From an uncultured delta proteobacterium (lineage in GTDB: Bacteria; Desulfobacterota; WTBG01; CAIYCZ01): 64,000 nt of DNA. The notes beneath the pieces were generated by a model. The model was not told the DNA's origin. It worked only from the letters and a program-made list of their open reading frames with translations, and searched no databases. Positions within the stretch are counted from its first letter, which is position 1, and the number at the start of each line of letters is the position of its first letter. The translations under genes were made by a program, and so were the position numbers. Of the stretch, positions 41,585-51,697 are shown in pieces. The stretch lies in contig CAWDOY010000005.1 of NCBI GenBank assembly GCA_963803975.1, forward strand, positions 32,001 through 96,000, read 5' to 3'.

Positions 41585-42799
41585 TCAGGTTTTCGCAAAC
41601 TTTGTCATATCCCACATGGGCAGAAAAATCGCCAATGCAAAAAACAGTACTGCCGCGCCGAGCACCACGGTCAGCAATGGCTCTATGTAGATTGCAAGCC
41701 TCTTGGTGTCGTTCTCTACCTCCATATCATAAAACTTTGCCACTTTAGACAGCGTCTCATCAAGCATACCGGAGGTTTCCCCTATCGCAACCATCTGTAT
41801 GACCAGGGGGGTAAACAGCTTATTCCGTTTCATGGGCTCGGCAAGACCGGTGCCGCGGTAAACACTTTCCCGTATCGTATCTATTGCCTCGGATATGATC
41901 ACATTGTCAATGGTGCTGGCCGTAATCCGCAGGTTGTCAATGATGGGAAGCCCGCTCTGATTGAGCAACCCTAAAATATGAGTAAACCGGGACAGCGACG
42001 CCTTCAGAAACAGGGGCCCTAATAGCGGTATTTTAATCTTCAGGCCGTCCCACAGGTGTTTCCCCTGAGACGTCCTGACATACCACGTGATAGCAATGCT
42101 CAAGCCGATAATGACCGCCAGAACATAGAACCAATAATCCTGCATCAGAGTATTCATGGCTATCAGTATCCTGGTGGGCAAAGGCAGTGCAACCTTAAAC
42201 TGCTTAAAGATGTTCACAAATTGCGGTATAACAAAAATCACCACGATAGCAAGCGCCAGGATTAGCGCCGTGACCACCATCTTTGGATAGCGCATGGCGG
42301 TTTTAACTTTTTCCCGGGTTTCTGCTTCATGTTCCGCCATCTCGGCAATGCGCAGAAAAATCTCCTCCAGCTTTCCCGAGGCCTCGCCGGCACGAATCAT
42401 ATTTACATAAACCGCGGGAAATAGTTTCGGATGTTTCGCCAGGCTTTCTGACAGGCTGCTGCCGCCTTCGATGTCCCGGCAGGCCTGTTCCAGAATTTTT
42501 TTAAATTGCTCATTCTTCATCTGCTGCGATATTGTTTTCAGGCTCTCAAGCAGCGGCACCCCGGCCCCTATCAGGGTAGATATCTGGAAGGTAAAAAATA
42601 TTATATCTTCGGGCGGAATGCTGCGCACAAAAAAATCAGCTATCTTCAGCAGCGATGATGTCGGCTGCTCTTTAACCGCTATGGGTATGTAGCCCAGGCT
42701 ATCAAGGTGCGCACCGGCAAGTTCTATAGTGGAAGATTCCACCGTACCACTGATGGCGGTGCCTTTTTGATCGCGCGCTTTATAACTGAAAACGGTCAC
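41585..42799 (-). CDS. pilC: PilC/GspF/MshG inner-membrane platform protein
   Basis: FSYKARD, AGVPLLESL, RAGEASGKL, AMRYP, IGETSGML, IEP...IFLPMWD. GTG start after GAGG. Confidence 0.9.
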   Translation of the reverse strand: MTVFSYKARDQKGTAISGTVESSTIELAGAHLDSLGYIPIAVKEQPTSSLLKIADFFVRSIPPEDIIFFTFQISTLIGAGVPLLESLKTISQQMKNEQFKKILEQACRDIEGGSSLSESLAKHPKLFPAVYVNMIRAGEASGKLEEIFLRIAEMAEHEAETREKVKTAMRYPKMVVTALILALAIVVIFVIPQFVNIFKQFKVALPLPTRILIAMNTLMQDYWFYVLAVIIGLSIAITWYVRTSQGKHLWDGLKIKIPLLGPLFLKASLSRFTHILGLLNQSGLPIIDNLRITASTIDNVIISEAIDTIRESVYRGTGLAEPMKRNKLFTPLVIQMVAIGETSGMLDETLSKVAKFYDMEVENDTKRLAIYIEPLLTVVLGAAVLFFALAIFLPMWDMTKFAKT

Positions 42800-42817
42800 C
42801 AATAACCTCAACGATAT

Positions 42818-42903
42818 GAGTTATGGAGTTCAAGAGTTGTTGCGTTTCATTTTCGTTATGCTTTTTAACTCCGGCACTCCTCAACTCCTTGACCCCTTAA
42901 CTC
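42818..42903. repeat. Inverted pair of octamer-period GAGTT/AACTC repeats
   Basis: gagttatg gagttcaa gagttgtt ... ttttaactc cggcactc ctcaactc cttgaccc cttaactc. Confidence 0.65.
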
Positions 42904-43271
42904 TATTGCATATGCTTCTGTATCATCGCAATCAGGGTGTCCATATCAAACGGCTTCGTGATATAGCCATCTGCTCCCGTTTCAATGCCGGTGATGCGTT
43001 CAGAATCCTGGGTTTTTGCCGTGAGCATGATGATCGGGATGTGCTGATATTTTTCGTCAAATTTCAAAAGGCGCGACACCTTATAGCCGTTCATTTTCGG
43101 CAGCATGACATCAAGGATGATAAGACCGGGATTCTCGGTGCGGGCTTTTTTCAGAGCTTCTATGCCGTCGCCGGCGGAGATACAATCATACCCCTCCTGC
43201 TGCAGACGGAAGCTTATGGTATCAATAATATCGCTTTCATCATCGACGATTAAAATCTTTTTATTCTTCAC
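42903..43271 (-). CDS. Single-domain response regulator (CheY-like)
   Basis: ILIVDDE, LDVMLPKMNG, IIMLTAK, GADGYITKPF. Confidence 0.92.
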   Translation of the reverse strand: MKNKKILIVDDESDIIDTISFRLQQEGYDCISAGDGIEALKKARTENPGLIILDVMLPKMNGYKVSRLLKFDEKYQHIPIIMLTAKTQDSERITGIETGADGYITKPFDMDTLIAMIQKHMQ

Positions 43272-44769
43272 GTGCTTCTCCTCTGGCCATGGCTAACGCT
43301 GTTCTGAACAACTCGCGCTGGGTCTGGGCATCATCCGGATATACGGCAATGCCAAAGCGAAACCGCACCGGAGCATTCAGGGCTTCGCCCAGGGGACGCA
43401 AAATCTTCTCGGCATTCCGCTCTATTCTTTCGCATATGACCTCAGCGCCAATCTTTTGGGTCTCACAAATAACAACCAGTATTTCTCCCTTGTTATGGGA
43501 GATAAAAAGATCTGCAGGATGATAGAGACTGTGTTTAACCGAGGATTCCAGTTCTGTTAGAACCTTTTGGGCCTCCTGCTCTCCGCAGTGCTTCTGCATG
43601 GCTTCAAAATTCTCAATAAAAATTGCAATCAGGGATAATGAACTCTGATTTTTCCGGGCCCGCTGAAACTCCCGGTCAAAAAGCAAACGGAGGTTTGCAT
43701 CCCTGCGCTCCCCTTCATAGCTGGGTATGGTAAAACAGAACCTGCTGCCGCTGGGCACATTGCTTTCAACATGAATCTGTCCGCCGTGGCGTTCAACCAG
43801 TTTTTTTACCACCGCCAACCCCAGCCCCATACCCTCTTCCTCAACCTCCATGGCCCGGTTGATACGGTAAAATGTATTAAATATAAGTTCCCGCTTATTC
43901 TCCGGAACACCAATGCCGGTATCTGCCACCACTATTTCCACCATTGACTGCTCGTAATTATCCCGTACCTGCACATGCACTTCTTGTGCGGTGATACTGA
44001 TAGAACCTCCTTCCGCACTATATTTCAGTGCATTGTCGACAAGATTTACAAAAATTTGCTCTACTTTGGAAATATCGGCAAGAATTTGGGGAAGTTGAGA
44101 GGGAATATCAACGGTTAACGATGTTTTTTTCAGTCCGGCCCGCTCCCTGAATTCTTCAATAACCGGAAGCACAATGTCTCGTACGGTATGGATCTTAAAC
44201 TCAAACGGCATCTTATCGAGGGTGATTTTTGACAGGTCCAGGTATTCGTTGACCAGGGTGGCTATACGGTTGGCATTGCGCATGGCTATTTTGAGAAAAT
44301 TCTCCTGCGCGGCGGTCAAATCTCCCGCTGCCCTGGTAGAGAGTATCTCAAGGGCATTTTTCATGGCAGTAAGCGGGTTGCGGAGTTCATGGGAGGCAAT
44401 AGAAACAAAATCGGTTTTTATTTCCTCCGTATGTTTCAATAAGTGGCAATTCTTTAAAAACAGAGCCACACCGCTTTTGTGGGTATTGGTGTAGAGAGGA
44501 AGCACCGAAATGTTATAGGTTATATTCTTGACCAGCACCTCCTTTTCAGTATCTTCCAGAAAGCTTAACGGATCAAAAGACAGGAGGTAGAGAAGCTTTT
44601 CATAGAAGGAAAGCGAGGTCTTGTTGCTGTTCAGCAGCTGCCGTGCCGCTGAGTTTGCAAAAAGCGGCTCTCCCGCAGTATCAATAATAATGAGACCATC
44701 CGGCAGCGTCTCCAGGGCTTTTTGCAGCAGTTCAATCAAGACCGGCGAAAAAAGAGTATCTGTTGTCAT
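43261..44769 (-). CDS. Sensor histidine kinase (PAS-HisKA-HATPase) with degenerate C-terminal GGDEF-fold domain
   Basis: SHELRNPL, NLVDNALKY, DTGIG, GMGLGLA, then REFQRARK...LSLIAIFIENF...NKGEILVV...FGIAVYPDD. Confidence 0.85.
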   Translation of the reverse strand: MTTDTLFSPVLIELLQKALETLPDGLIIIDTAGEPLFANSAARQLLNSNKTSLSFYEKLLYLLSFDPLSFLEDTEKEVLVKNITYNISVLPLYTNTHKSGVALFLKNCHLLKHTEEIKTDFVSIASHELRNPLTAMKNALEILSTRAAGDLTAAQENFLKIAMRNANRIATLVNEYLDLSKITLDKMPFEFKIHTVRDIVLPVIEEFRERAGLKKTSLTVDIPSQLPQILADISKVEQIFVNLVDNALKYSAEGGSISITAQEVHVQVRDNYEQSMVEIVVADTGIGVPENKRELIFNTFYRINRAMEVEEEGMGLGLAVVKKLVERHGGQIHVESNVPSGSRFCFTIPSYEGERRDANLRLLFDREFQRARKNQSSLSLIAIFIENFEAMQKHCGEQEAQKVLTELESSVKHSLYHPADLFISHNKGEILVVICETQKIGAEVICERIERNAEKILRPLGEALNAPVRFRFGIAVYPDDAQTQRELFRTALAMARGEAREE

Positions 44770-44775
44770 TGCTGG

Positions 44776-45685
44776 TTAACTGGCAGTTGTTTGTCCCTGG
44801 TATCTCTTTTTGAGAGCGTTTAAGGTGTTCAGGTAATCGGTGCGGTAGAGAAGTCCCCGCTGGTTTTCAATATCATCGATGGCGGAATCAAGCGGCTGCC
44901 TGATATCAATGCCGTATTTGTTCAAGCCCTGCTCGTTTGCTTTATCAAGAATGACAATACAATAGTAGAGCACTACCGTCCTTATTTTCGAGTCCCGGCG
45001 CGCAAGATATGAATGCCCGGCAATGGTCGTGAGAAAAAAACCTGCATAGTCATAGAGCGCCTCTGCTGAAAGGCGCGCGCTGTTCTGCTCTGCGCATTCC
45101 TGCCACGGGCTGGTCCATGCAAAAAACAGTTTTATTGTCGGCTCCATAAGGGCTGATTCTTTAGTCAATAGTGCCCTGCACCAGCTGTATATTCTTAGCT
45201 CCCAGTACCCGGTAGAAGTAGGAAATATTTCTCATCAGGGTATATAAATCCTGTGTTTCACCGCTTATCAGGGGCCTGTTTTTTTCCAGCAGCGCTACGG
45301 CCTTCTGGTACTGGTCGTAGGCATTGCCCTCAATAGAGCGGGCTTTGAGGTAACCGTTCTGATCAAGGTAGCTGAAAAATTTGAGCGCCCGGGCTTTTGC
45401 CTCCTCACAGCTGTCTGCTTTCTCCGTTTGTGCAGCAGACAGCGTTTTGCCAAAGGCGTCGTTCAGTTTTTCCTGGGGAATCGCCGGCTCTGTCTTTTTT
45501 ATCTCTTCCTTCAGAGAACTGACTTCGCTTTCAAGCTGCTTGGTCTTTTGCTCCCAGGCTTTTTTTTCTTCTTCAACAGCCGGACGGGAAATGGTATCAA
45601 CAATGGTTTTTTGGGAAAAATAGACTGCGCCGGCAGCTGCAACTATCATAATAACCAACAGCATAACAACCGTGTTTTTTTTCAT
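44776..45685 (-). CDS. Hypothetical membrane-anchored protein. Apparent frameshift near 45170.
   Basis: ORFs 45161-45685 (TM + coiled coil) and 44776-45168 overlap and read as one protein. Confidence 0.55.
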
Positions 45686-45718
45686 CGTTCGTCTCCTCCT
45701 CTGCTTCAGAACACTGCC

Positions 45719-47145
45719 TTAGGCACTATTATGCAGCACCATAATCTTGATTTCGGTCATCTCCTCAATGGCATAGCGCACCCCTTCCCGTCCCAGCCCG
45801 GAGTGTTTAACACCGCCGTAGGGGAAATTATCAACCCGAAAGGTCGGCACCTCGTTTATCATGACCCCGCCCACATCCAGCCGGTTGAAAGCAGTAATCG
45901 CCTTGTCAATGTTTTTGGTAAAAACACCGGCCTGCAGGCCATAGATGGAATCGTTTACTTCGCGAATTGCTTCGTCAAAATTTTTATAGGAGCACAGAAC
46001 CGTAACCGGTGCAAACAGTTCGCTGCTTACACAGCGCGCGCCCTTTGGAACATCTGCAAGTACGGTTGGCTGATAGATGGTTCCCTCATAAAATCCGCCC
46101 GTGAGGACTGTTCCTCCCAGCTGCTGTGCTTCTTCAATCCATTCCTGCACGCGCTTGACCTCGGCCGGGCTGATGAGAGGGCCGACATCTGTTTCCGGAA
46201 GCAGGGGGTCCCCGGTCTTGAGCTTTTTGACCCTTGCCACAAATTCCCTGGTAAATTCTTCATATATTGTTTCATGGATATAAATGCGCTGCACGGATAT
46301 GCAGACCTGGCCGGCGAAGACATAGCCGCCAAAAACACAGCGCTCGACAGCGGTGTGCAGATCAGCATCAGGCTCTATAATGACTCCTGCATTTCCCCCC
46401 AGTTCCAGGGCAACCTTCTTTTTCCCTGCCTGTGCCCTGATAGTCCATCCCACCTCAGGGCTTCCGGTAAAGCTGATCATTTTTATGCGCTCGTCTGCGA
46501 TCAGGGATTCCGCAACATCAGGGGTGCACGGAATAACATTAACCATGCCGGCAGGCATGCCGGCTTCCTGCAGAAGTTCTCCAAGCCGCAGGGCAGTCAG
46601 GGGAGCAGCAGATGATGGTTTATGCACAACGGTATTGCCTGCCGCAATGGCGGGGGCTATTTTGTGGGCTACCAGGTTGAGCGGAAAGTTGAACGGTGTA
46701 ATCGCCAGCACCGGTCCGAGCGGAAACCGTCTGGTTATACCAATCCGGTTGCCGGCGTCCGGCGCAATATCAAGAGGCAAAACTTCTCCAATAATCCGCA
46801 ATGCCTCTTCTGCAGCCAGCTGAAATACCATCGCCGCCCGTGACACTTCAACTCTTGCCGCCTTTATCGGCTTGCCGGCTTCCAAGGGCAATGGTTTCAG
46901 CAAGCGCGTCACCATGCTTTGTTATGAGTTCAGCAGTCTTTCTGAGTAGTGCCGCCCGCTGATAGGCAGGCTGACTTTCGGCAAACCGCAAAAGCTGCAT
47001 GGGCTGCTTCAACCGCTTGCGCTGCTTCTGCTATTGATGCCCTGCTGACATGCGCGATTACTTCCAGGGTATAGGGGTTTTTCAGAACAATCGTATCGTT
47101 TGTTTTCACCCGGCTATTATTTATCAGCAGCAGATTCTCTTGCAT
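45719..47145 (-). CDS. Aldehyde dehydrogenase family protein. Apparent frameshifts between ~46890 and ~46990.
   Basis: ITPFNFP, KPS, SFTGS, LELGGN, GQVCIS, ELFAP, FPYGGVKHSGLGREG. N-terminus in ORF 46930-47163. Confidence 0.88.
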
Positions 47146-47256
47146 GTTTGATTCCCTGAACATTGCCGCTTTTGACTTTAAAAAATATTAAAATAATAGT
47201 CAAATGTTATTTTATGTAATAAATTTTCCATTAATTTACCATGTGGCAAAAGGCAA

Positions 47257-47300
47257 TAAAAAAGGAGTTCTGTAATTAATGTAACAGAACTCCTTTTTTA
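47257..47300. terminator. Intrinsic terminator after the HTH gene
   Basis: Perfect stem taaaaaaggagttctgt / acagaactcctttttta. Confidence 0.8.
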
Positions 47301-47319
47301 GAGCTTCGAATTAAATTCG

Positions 47320-47505
47320 TTATGACATCATCTTTTCAATGTTGCTCTTGCTGAAGCGCCAGGACCCACCTACACGGAATCCTGGTAATGATCCATCTTT
47401 TGCCAGCTTATAGACGGTAATTTTAGACAGTTTTAAATACTCTGCCACTTCGTCTGCTGTCAGAATAGAGGATTCAGAATTCAGCTCTTTGTTTTTTCTT
47501 CTCAT
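47320..47505 (-). CDS. Excisionase-family/BldC-like HTH DNA-binding protein
   Basis: ILTADEVAEYLKLSKITVYKLAKDGSLPGFRVGGSWRF. Confidence 0.88.
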   Translation of the reverse strand: MRRKNKELNSESSILTADEVAEYLKLSKITVYKLAKDGSLPGFRVGGSWRFSKSNIEKMMS

Positions 47506-47847
47506 CTGACATCTCTCCTTTCGAATTCTTTTTTCCCTCACTTGTTATATAACGTATAACATAAAAAATAATTATTGTAAATATAAATTTTTATTATGCA
47601 GGCTTAGATTGCATTTTTATTATTAAATACAATTTGATGCACAAGAAAATGTTTCCTATTGGCTTAACAAGACGAAATGAACAACTATTTGGGCATGACA
47701 ACCTATTATTTATCTTAAATTTTTCTTAACGTAGCGTTAAAGCAGGTAACTATTCCTATTCATGCAAATTATTACTCATAGTTATGGATAGTTTTTAAAA
47801 CTGCCTGTTTTTTTCTATGCCTCTTTGCAGAGGCAGCCGCAAGCCCA

Positions 47848-49029
47848 TTAAATTCTCCCGGTAAGCAGCAGCACCTTAAGCCCCCCATGAAATAAATGAT
47901 GGGTGGCGAGACCGTCAAAGGGGGTTCTGTCAAGCAAGGATACATCAGGAACAAGTAATGCCAGTTTCCATCCTGCATATGATCGCTGCAGTTTCCCGCA
48001 TAGTTCGGTAAAAAGGCCCGCAGCCGCCTCTCTCTCACCTATGCGCATCCCGTAAGGAGGATTCAAAACCACCAGCCCGGTTCTTTTGGTAACGTCTGCG
48101 GGCTCGAGTTTGAAAAAATCCTGACACATAACCTGCGCTGCATCAGTGAGATGATAGCGATCCACACAGGCTTTAAGTTCCGCGCAGACAGCGCCGTCCC
48201 GGTCAGAAGCAAAAATCTGCGGTTCAGTTTTTTCAGCAAATATTGCTTCGCTCTGCCGCCGCATATAGTGCCAGCGTTCAGGTAAAAAGCTTGGCCAGCC
48301 CATAAAAGCAAAACTCCTGAACCAGCCGGCGGGGATATGTTTAACCAGCATGGCAGCTTCGAGAGAAAAAGTCCCTGAGCCGCACATCGGGTCGATAAGC
48401 GGTTCGTTTTCCGTAAAGCCTGCGATCTTTAGTATTGCTGCTGCAATGGTTTCTCGCAGGGGCGCAGCGGCACGATGGCTTTTCAAGCCCCGCTTGTGAA
48501 GCAGCTCGCCACTGCTGTCAAGAGAAACAATAAAATGATCATCAACAATGCGCACAAAAATCTGCTGGCCGGCAGCATCAATGGACCCTGCCTCCGGTGC
48601 GTATGCTGCAAGGCGCGGTGCTATCTTTTCCATAAAACATTCGGCAACTGCCCCCTTATGATAGAGCCGTGAATGCCGGGATGTTACGTGTACCTTGAGC
48701 GTGCTGGTGCGGGGAAGATACAGTTCCCAGGGAATCCCGGATATCTTTTTACCCAGCCGCTGAAAGTTTGAGGATTTAAACCGGGCAACGCGCATGATAA
48801 TACGGTTTGCCAGGCGCAGGTGAAGGTTTGCCAGGTAGCAGTCATGCAGGCGGCCGGTGAATTCGATGCCGCCTTCGACAATAGCGGCTTTTTGAGAGGA
48901 AAGCGGAAGCTGCAGCAGCTCATCATAGCAGAGCTGTTCGAGGCCGGGAGCAGTCACTATGAAAAATTCCTGCCCGCGGCCGATTATATGTCGCTTGATG
49001 CGCTTTTCAAAGCTGGTCAATGGTGCCAT
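47848..49029 (-). CDS. THUMP-domain RNA methyltransferase (RlmL-like)
   Basis: TAPGLE, ANLHLRLANRI, SLDSSGELLHKRG, APLRETIAAA, DPMCGSGT, NPPYG. Confidence 0.88.
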   Translation of the reverse strand: MAPLTSFEKRIKRHIIGRGQEFFIVTAPGLEQLCYDELLQLPLSSQKAAIVEGGIEFTGRLHDCYLANLHLRLANRIIMRVARFKSSNFQRLGKKISGIPWELYLPRTSTLKVHVTSRHSRLYHKGAVAECFMEKIAPRLAAYAPEAGSIDAAGQQIFVRIVDDHFIVSLDSSGELLHKRGLKSHRAAAPLRETIAAAILKIAGFTENEPLIDPMCGSGTFSLEAAMLVKHIPAGWFRSFAFMGWPSFLPERWHYMRRQSEAIFAEKTEPQIFASDRDGAVCAELKACVDRYHLTDAAQVMCQDFFKLEPADVTKRTGLVVLNPPYGMRIGEREAAAGLFTELCGKLQRSYAGWKLALLVPDVSLLDRTPFDGLATHHLFHGGLKVLLLTGRI

Positions 49030-49093
49030 TGCGGGGCTCTTTGCTTCCCGACAGCCACGCCGGGCTGTTTTTTTTAAGAGAGTATCATAGTCT

Positions 49094-50029
49094 TCACAGC
49101 CCGCGCAGAAAATCAATGCCCGACTGGTAGGCAGTATGCAGAATGCCGGGGTGATTCTTTACCACGCCCTTGCCGTGCTTTTTCCCCCTGGTACCTGACA
49201 GGGTCAGCACTTCGGTTGTCTCCACGCCATGCAGCCTGAGCAGTATTACCATGTTCTCTACAATGTTATCATAGGCAACAGGGTTGGGCCACATCCACGA
49301 GCACACCACCACCCCTTTTTTCCCGCCCGGCATCCTGCGGGTCAGGAACGGGTTGGCGAAACAGTCCCAGCGGTCCATAAAGTTTGCCATGATAGAGTTC
49401 TCCCGGGCCGTATAGATGGGAAACCCCGCGACAATCCCGTCCATGGCGTACATTTTATCGTACATGAACTCGGTCATGTCATCCTTTACCGCGCAGATGG
49501 TTTTCACGTCAACCTTTCTGCAGGCCCTGCAGCCGCTGCAGGGCTTTATGTTCAGGTCACCGAGATACAGCTTCTCAACCTCCGCGCCGTTATCCGCGCA
49601 GGCCCGCAGCAGCTCATCAATCATGACATCGGTGTTGCCGCCCTTGCGCGGGCTTGAGTTGACGGCCAATATTTTTTTGCCCGGAGGCACGGGCGTAGCA
49701 GCGCCGGTCCCGCCTGACCAGCGGGTAATGGTCAGGGGCTCGGCGCCGGGCTCGATGTTTTCCTGGTCGCGCGACGACGCCGCGTATGCTTTCATCGCTT
49801 CAAGATCCTTCACCCGCAAAATCAGCGGCTCGTAGCCGCCGGGGAAGACCTCGTAGACAGACCTCCAGAAGATATCATCAGTCACCGCTGATGAGCCTTC
49901 ATAGGCTGCAATCTTTTCTGCATTGTAGATAAGCCGCTGCCGCCAGCGGTTGCGGATGATTGCGGGGAATATTTCACACAGCGCGTCAGTTTTTTCCATT
50001 AGCCCTGCCTGCCATTGAAGCCTGTCCAT
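49094..50029 (-). CDS. Iron-sulfur flavoprotein / NADPH-dependent FMN reductase family with N-terminal helical extension
   Basis: NSSPRKGGNT, CSGCRAC-x8-C, DDM, FPIY...FMDR. Confidence 0.8.
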   Translation of the reverse strand: MDRLQWQAGLMEKTDALCEIFPAIIRNRWRQRLIYNAEKIAAYEGSSAVTDDIFWRSVYEVFPGGYEPLILRVKDLEAMKAYAASSRDQENIEPGAEPLTITRWSGGTGAATPVPPGKKILAVNSSPRKGGNTDVMIDELLRACADNGAEVEKLYLGDLNIKPCSGCRACRKVDVKTICAVKDDMTEFMYDKMYAMDGIVAGFPIYTARENSIMANFMDRWDCFANPFLTRRMPGGKKGVVVCSWMWPNPVAYDNIVENMVILLRLHGVETTEVLTLSGTRGKKHGKGVVKNHPGILHTAYQSGIDFLRGL

Positions 50030-50220
50030 GGTAAATCTCCTTCACATGAGTTGATCTATGTATACGAGGTGCGATTGCGGCAAGTTCCGGTCCCAACAAC
50101 TTTTTTCTCCAGGCAGCACTATAGCACAACGCATTGACCGGCAGAATTATAATTTTATCAGCGCGGTATGTATTCTGAAATTTATTGAAATTTGCCCGGC
50201 GTTCCGGTAAAAAGCAGGAT

Positions 50221-50272
50221 GGGTTATGAGTGTTGGAGTTTATTAACTCCTGAACTCTAAACTCCTTAACTC
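50221..50272. repeat. GAGTT/AACTC 7-8-nt-period inverted repeat
   Basis: gggttatgagtgttggagtt ... taactc ctgaactc taaactc cttaactc. Confidence 0.55.
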
Positions 50273-50286
50273 AAGTTGTTTTTTTT

Positions 50287-50411
50287 CAGGCTGGTCAAAA
50301 ACGTCCGGATGCAAGGCGCGCGAAATCAAGAGGAATGAGGCGTACTGTACCGTACGTCGCAATGACTAAGGATGAGCGCAACAAAGCAGATGGGTGTTTT
50401 TCAACAGCCGG
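50287..50411. mobile_element. ~125-bp MITE-like element with inverted ends
   Basis: Imperfect TIRs caggctggtcaaaaac / gtttttcaacagccgg, internal gcgtac..gtacgt hairpin. Confidence 0.6.
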
Positions 50412-50429
50412 CTAAAAGGAGAAGGTGCC

Positions 50430-50977
50430 ATGGCGTTTCAGGAATTAACCGAAGAGCAGCGAGACAAAATAATCGACGGGATGATCCGGGTGCTGGGCCT
50501 GGAAAGAAAGCATCCATCAAAAGAGGAGCTTGAGGCCGGGATCATCGATTACCTCGGGAAAAAGCAGCCCTGCACGCTTGCCACCTGCGGCGCTGACGGC
50601 ATGCCGCATGTGTCGGTGGTTGATTACATGCATGACGGCCTCACCCTGTACATCATGAGCGAGGGCGGCAAAAAGTTTCATAATATCCGGGAAACAACCA
50701 TGTCGGCGTGGGCATCGGCACCTCCACGCACAAGATGCGCTCCATTCGCGGGGTCAATATCTGGGGGATTGCCGATGTTTTTACTGACGACACCCCGGAA
50801 TTTGCCCGGGGGCTTGAGCTGTTCAAACCGATGCTTGACGAAATCACGAAGCTGACCGGCAAGCCGGCCCAGATGCCTAAAGGTATTATGCGGATGATTC
50901 GCGTAACGCCCAAAAGGATAATATACTTTCATTACAATAAAGGTATCGGCAATGCACTCTGGGAAGCCGGAAGCTGA
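50430..50977 (+). CDS. Pyridoxamine 5'-phosphate oxidase-like (split-barrel flavin-binding) protein. Apparent frameshift near 50695.
   Basis: CTLATCGADGMPHVSVV...KKFHNIRE, then GVNIWGIA...MIRVTPKRI...YNKGIG in the next frame. Confidence 0.78.
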
Positions 50978-51316
50978 GGTATTTTCCGGGCGAACCCGGG
51001 GTACGCTGGTAACCGGCAGGGATTTTTATTGCTGAAGACTGGCGGTTAATGAAGTGATGGAGGCAAAAAAATCGGAGTGGAACATTTTCAGGTAATCATA
51101 GTCGGGGCCGGCCCGGCCTGCGCGAAAGTTCTGCATGAGGCGTGAGATATATAAACAAAACACCGCCGGCATAATGAGACACATGCAGCTCTGCAGGCAG
51201 CAGGACCATTTTCTGGCAGGGTAAGACCTGTGTCTGCAAATATTCCATACATTCAAACAAGAGGGCTGCAACAATGATACTATCAAAAATCTATCTGGCA
51301 TGTACTGCTGGCAGTA

Positions 51317-51589
51317 TTGCTTACCGGGTGTTCGGGCTTTATCATGGATGGCCTGAGAAAAGAATATTATCCGGACGGTAAACTTAAATCTGAAATTAAC
51401 TACCGCCAGGCTGCGCGGGACGGTATGTACCGGCTCTATTATGAAAATGGTCAGGTGCAGGCAGCAGGAAACTACCGGGACGGGCTGCAGGAGGGGCCCT
51501 GGAAGATGTATGATGAAAACGGCACGCTACAGTCGGAGGAGACCTACATGCGGGGGAAGCTCATTGACCAAAAAACCTATGGCAGGTAG
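51317..51589 (+). CDS. MORN-variant repeat (YwqK-like) small lipoprotein, start uncertain
   Basis: LTGC lipobox, repeated YYxxGxxxxExxYxxG units. Confidence 0.7.
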   Translation: MLTGCSGFIMDGLRKEYYPDGKLKSEINYRQAARDGMYRLYYENGQVQAAGNYRDGLQEGPWKMYDENGTLQSEETYMRGKLIDQKTYGR

Positions 51590-51697
51590 GGGATTGCCGT
51601 AAGAACAATTAATGTCTGCAGTTATTGAAGTGCTGCCGGCAGCTGAATGTGGTATAAAAACTGTGTTGTTTAAAATTTCAAATAACGAGGAGGGTCT

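Noticed and set aside
45428..46615. 395-aa plus-strand ORF and other long antisense ORFs
   Set aside because: These are shadow ORFs opposite well-supported genes (here the aldehyde dehydrogenase) and show no motifs.
47320..47505. Excisionase-like gene as a prophage marker
   Set aside because: No integrase, att site or phage genes nearby.
26206..50272. Short periodic repeats as a CRISPR array
   Set aside because: The period is only 7-8 nt, there are no spacers and there are no cas genes.
51026..51301. 91-aa minus-strand ORF, and the adjacent MORN protein as a toxin-antitoxin pair
   Set aside because: The ORF has no recognisable motif or RBS, and the MORN-variant protein looks like a lipoprotein with no toxin partner.
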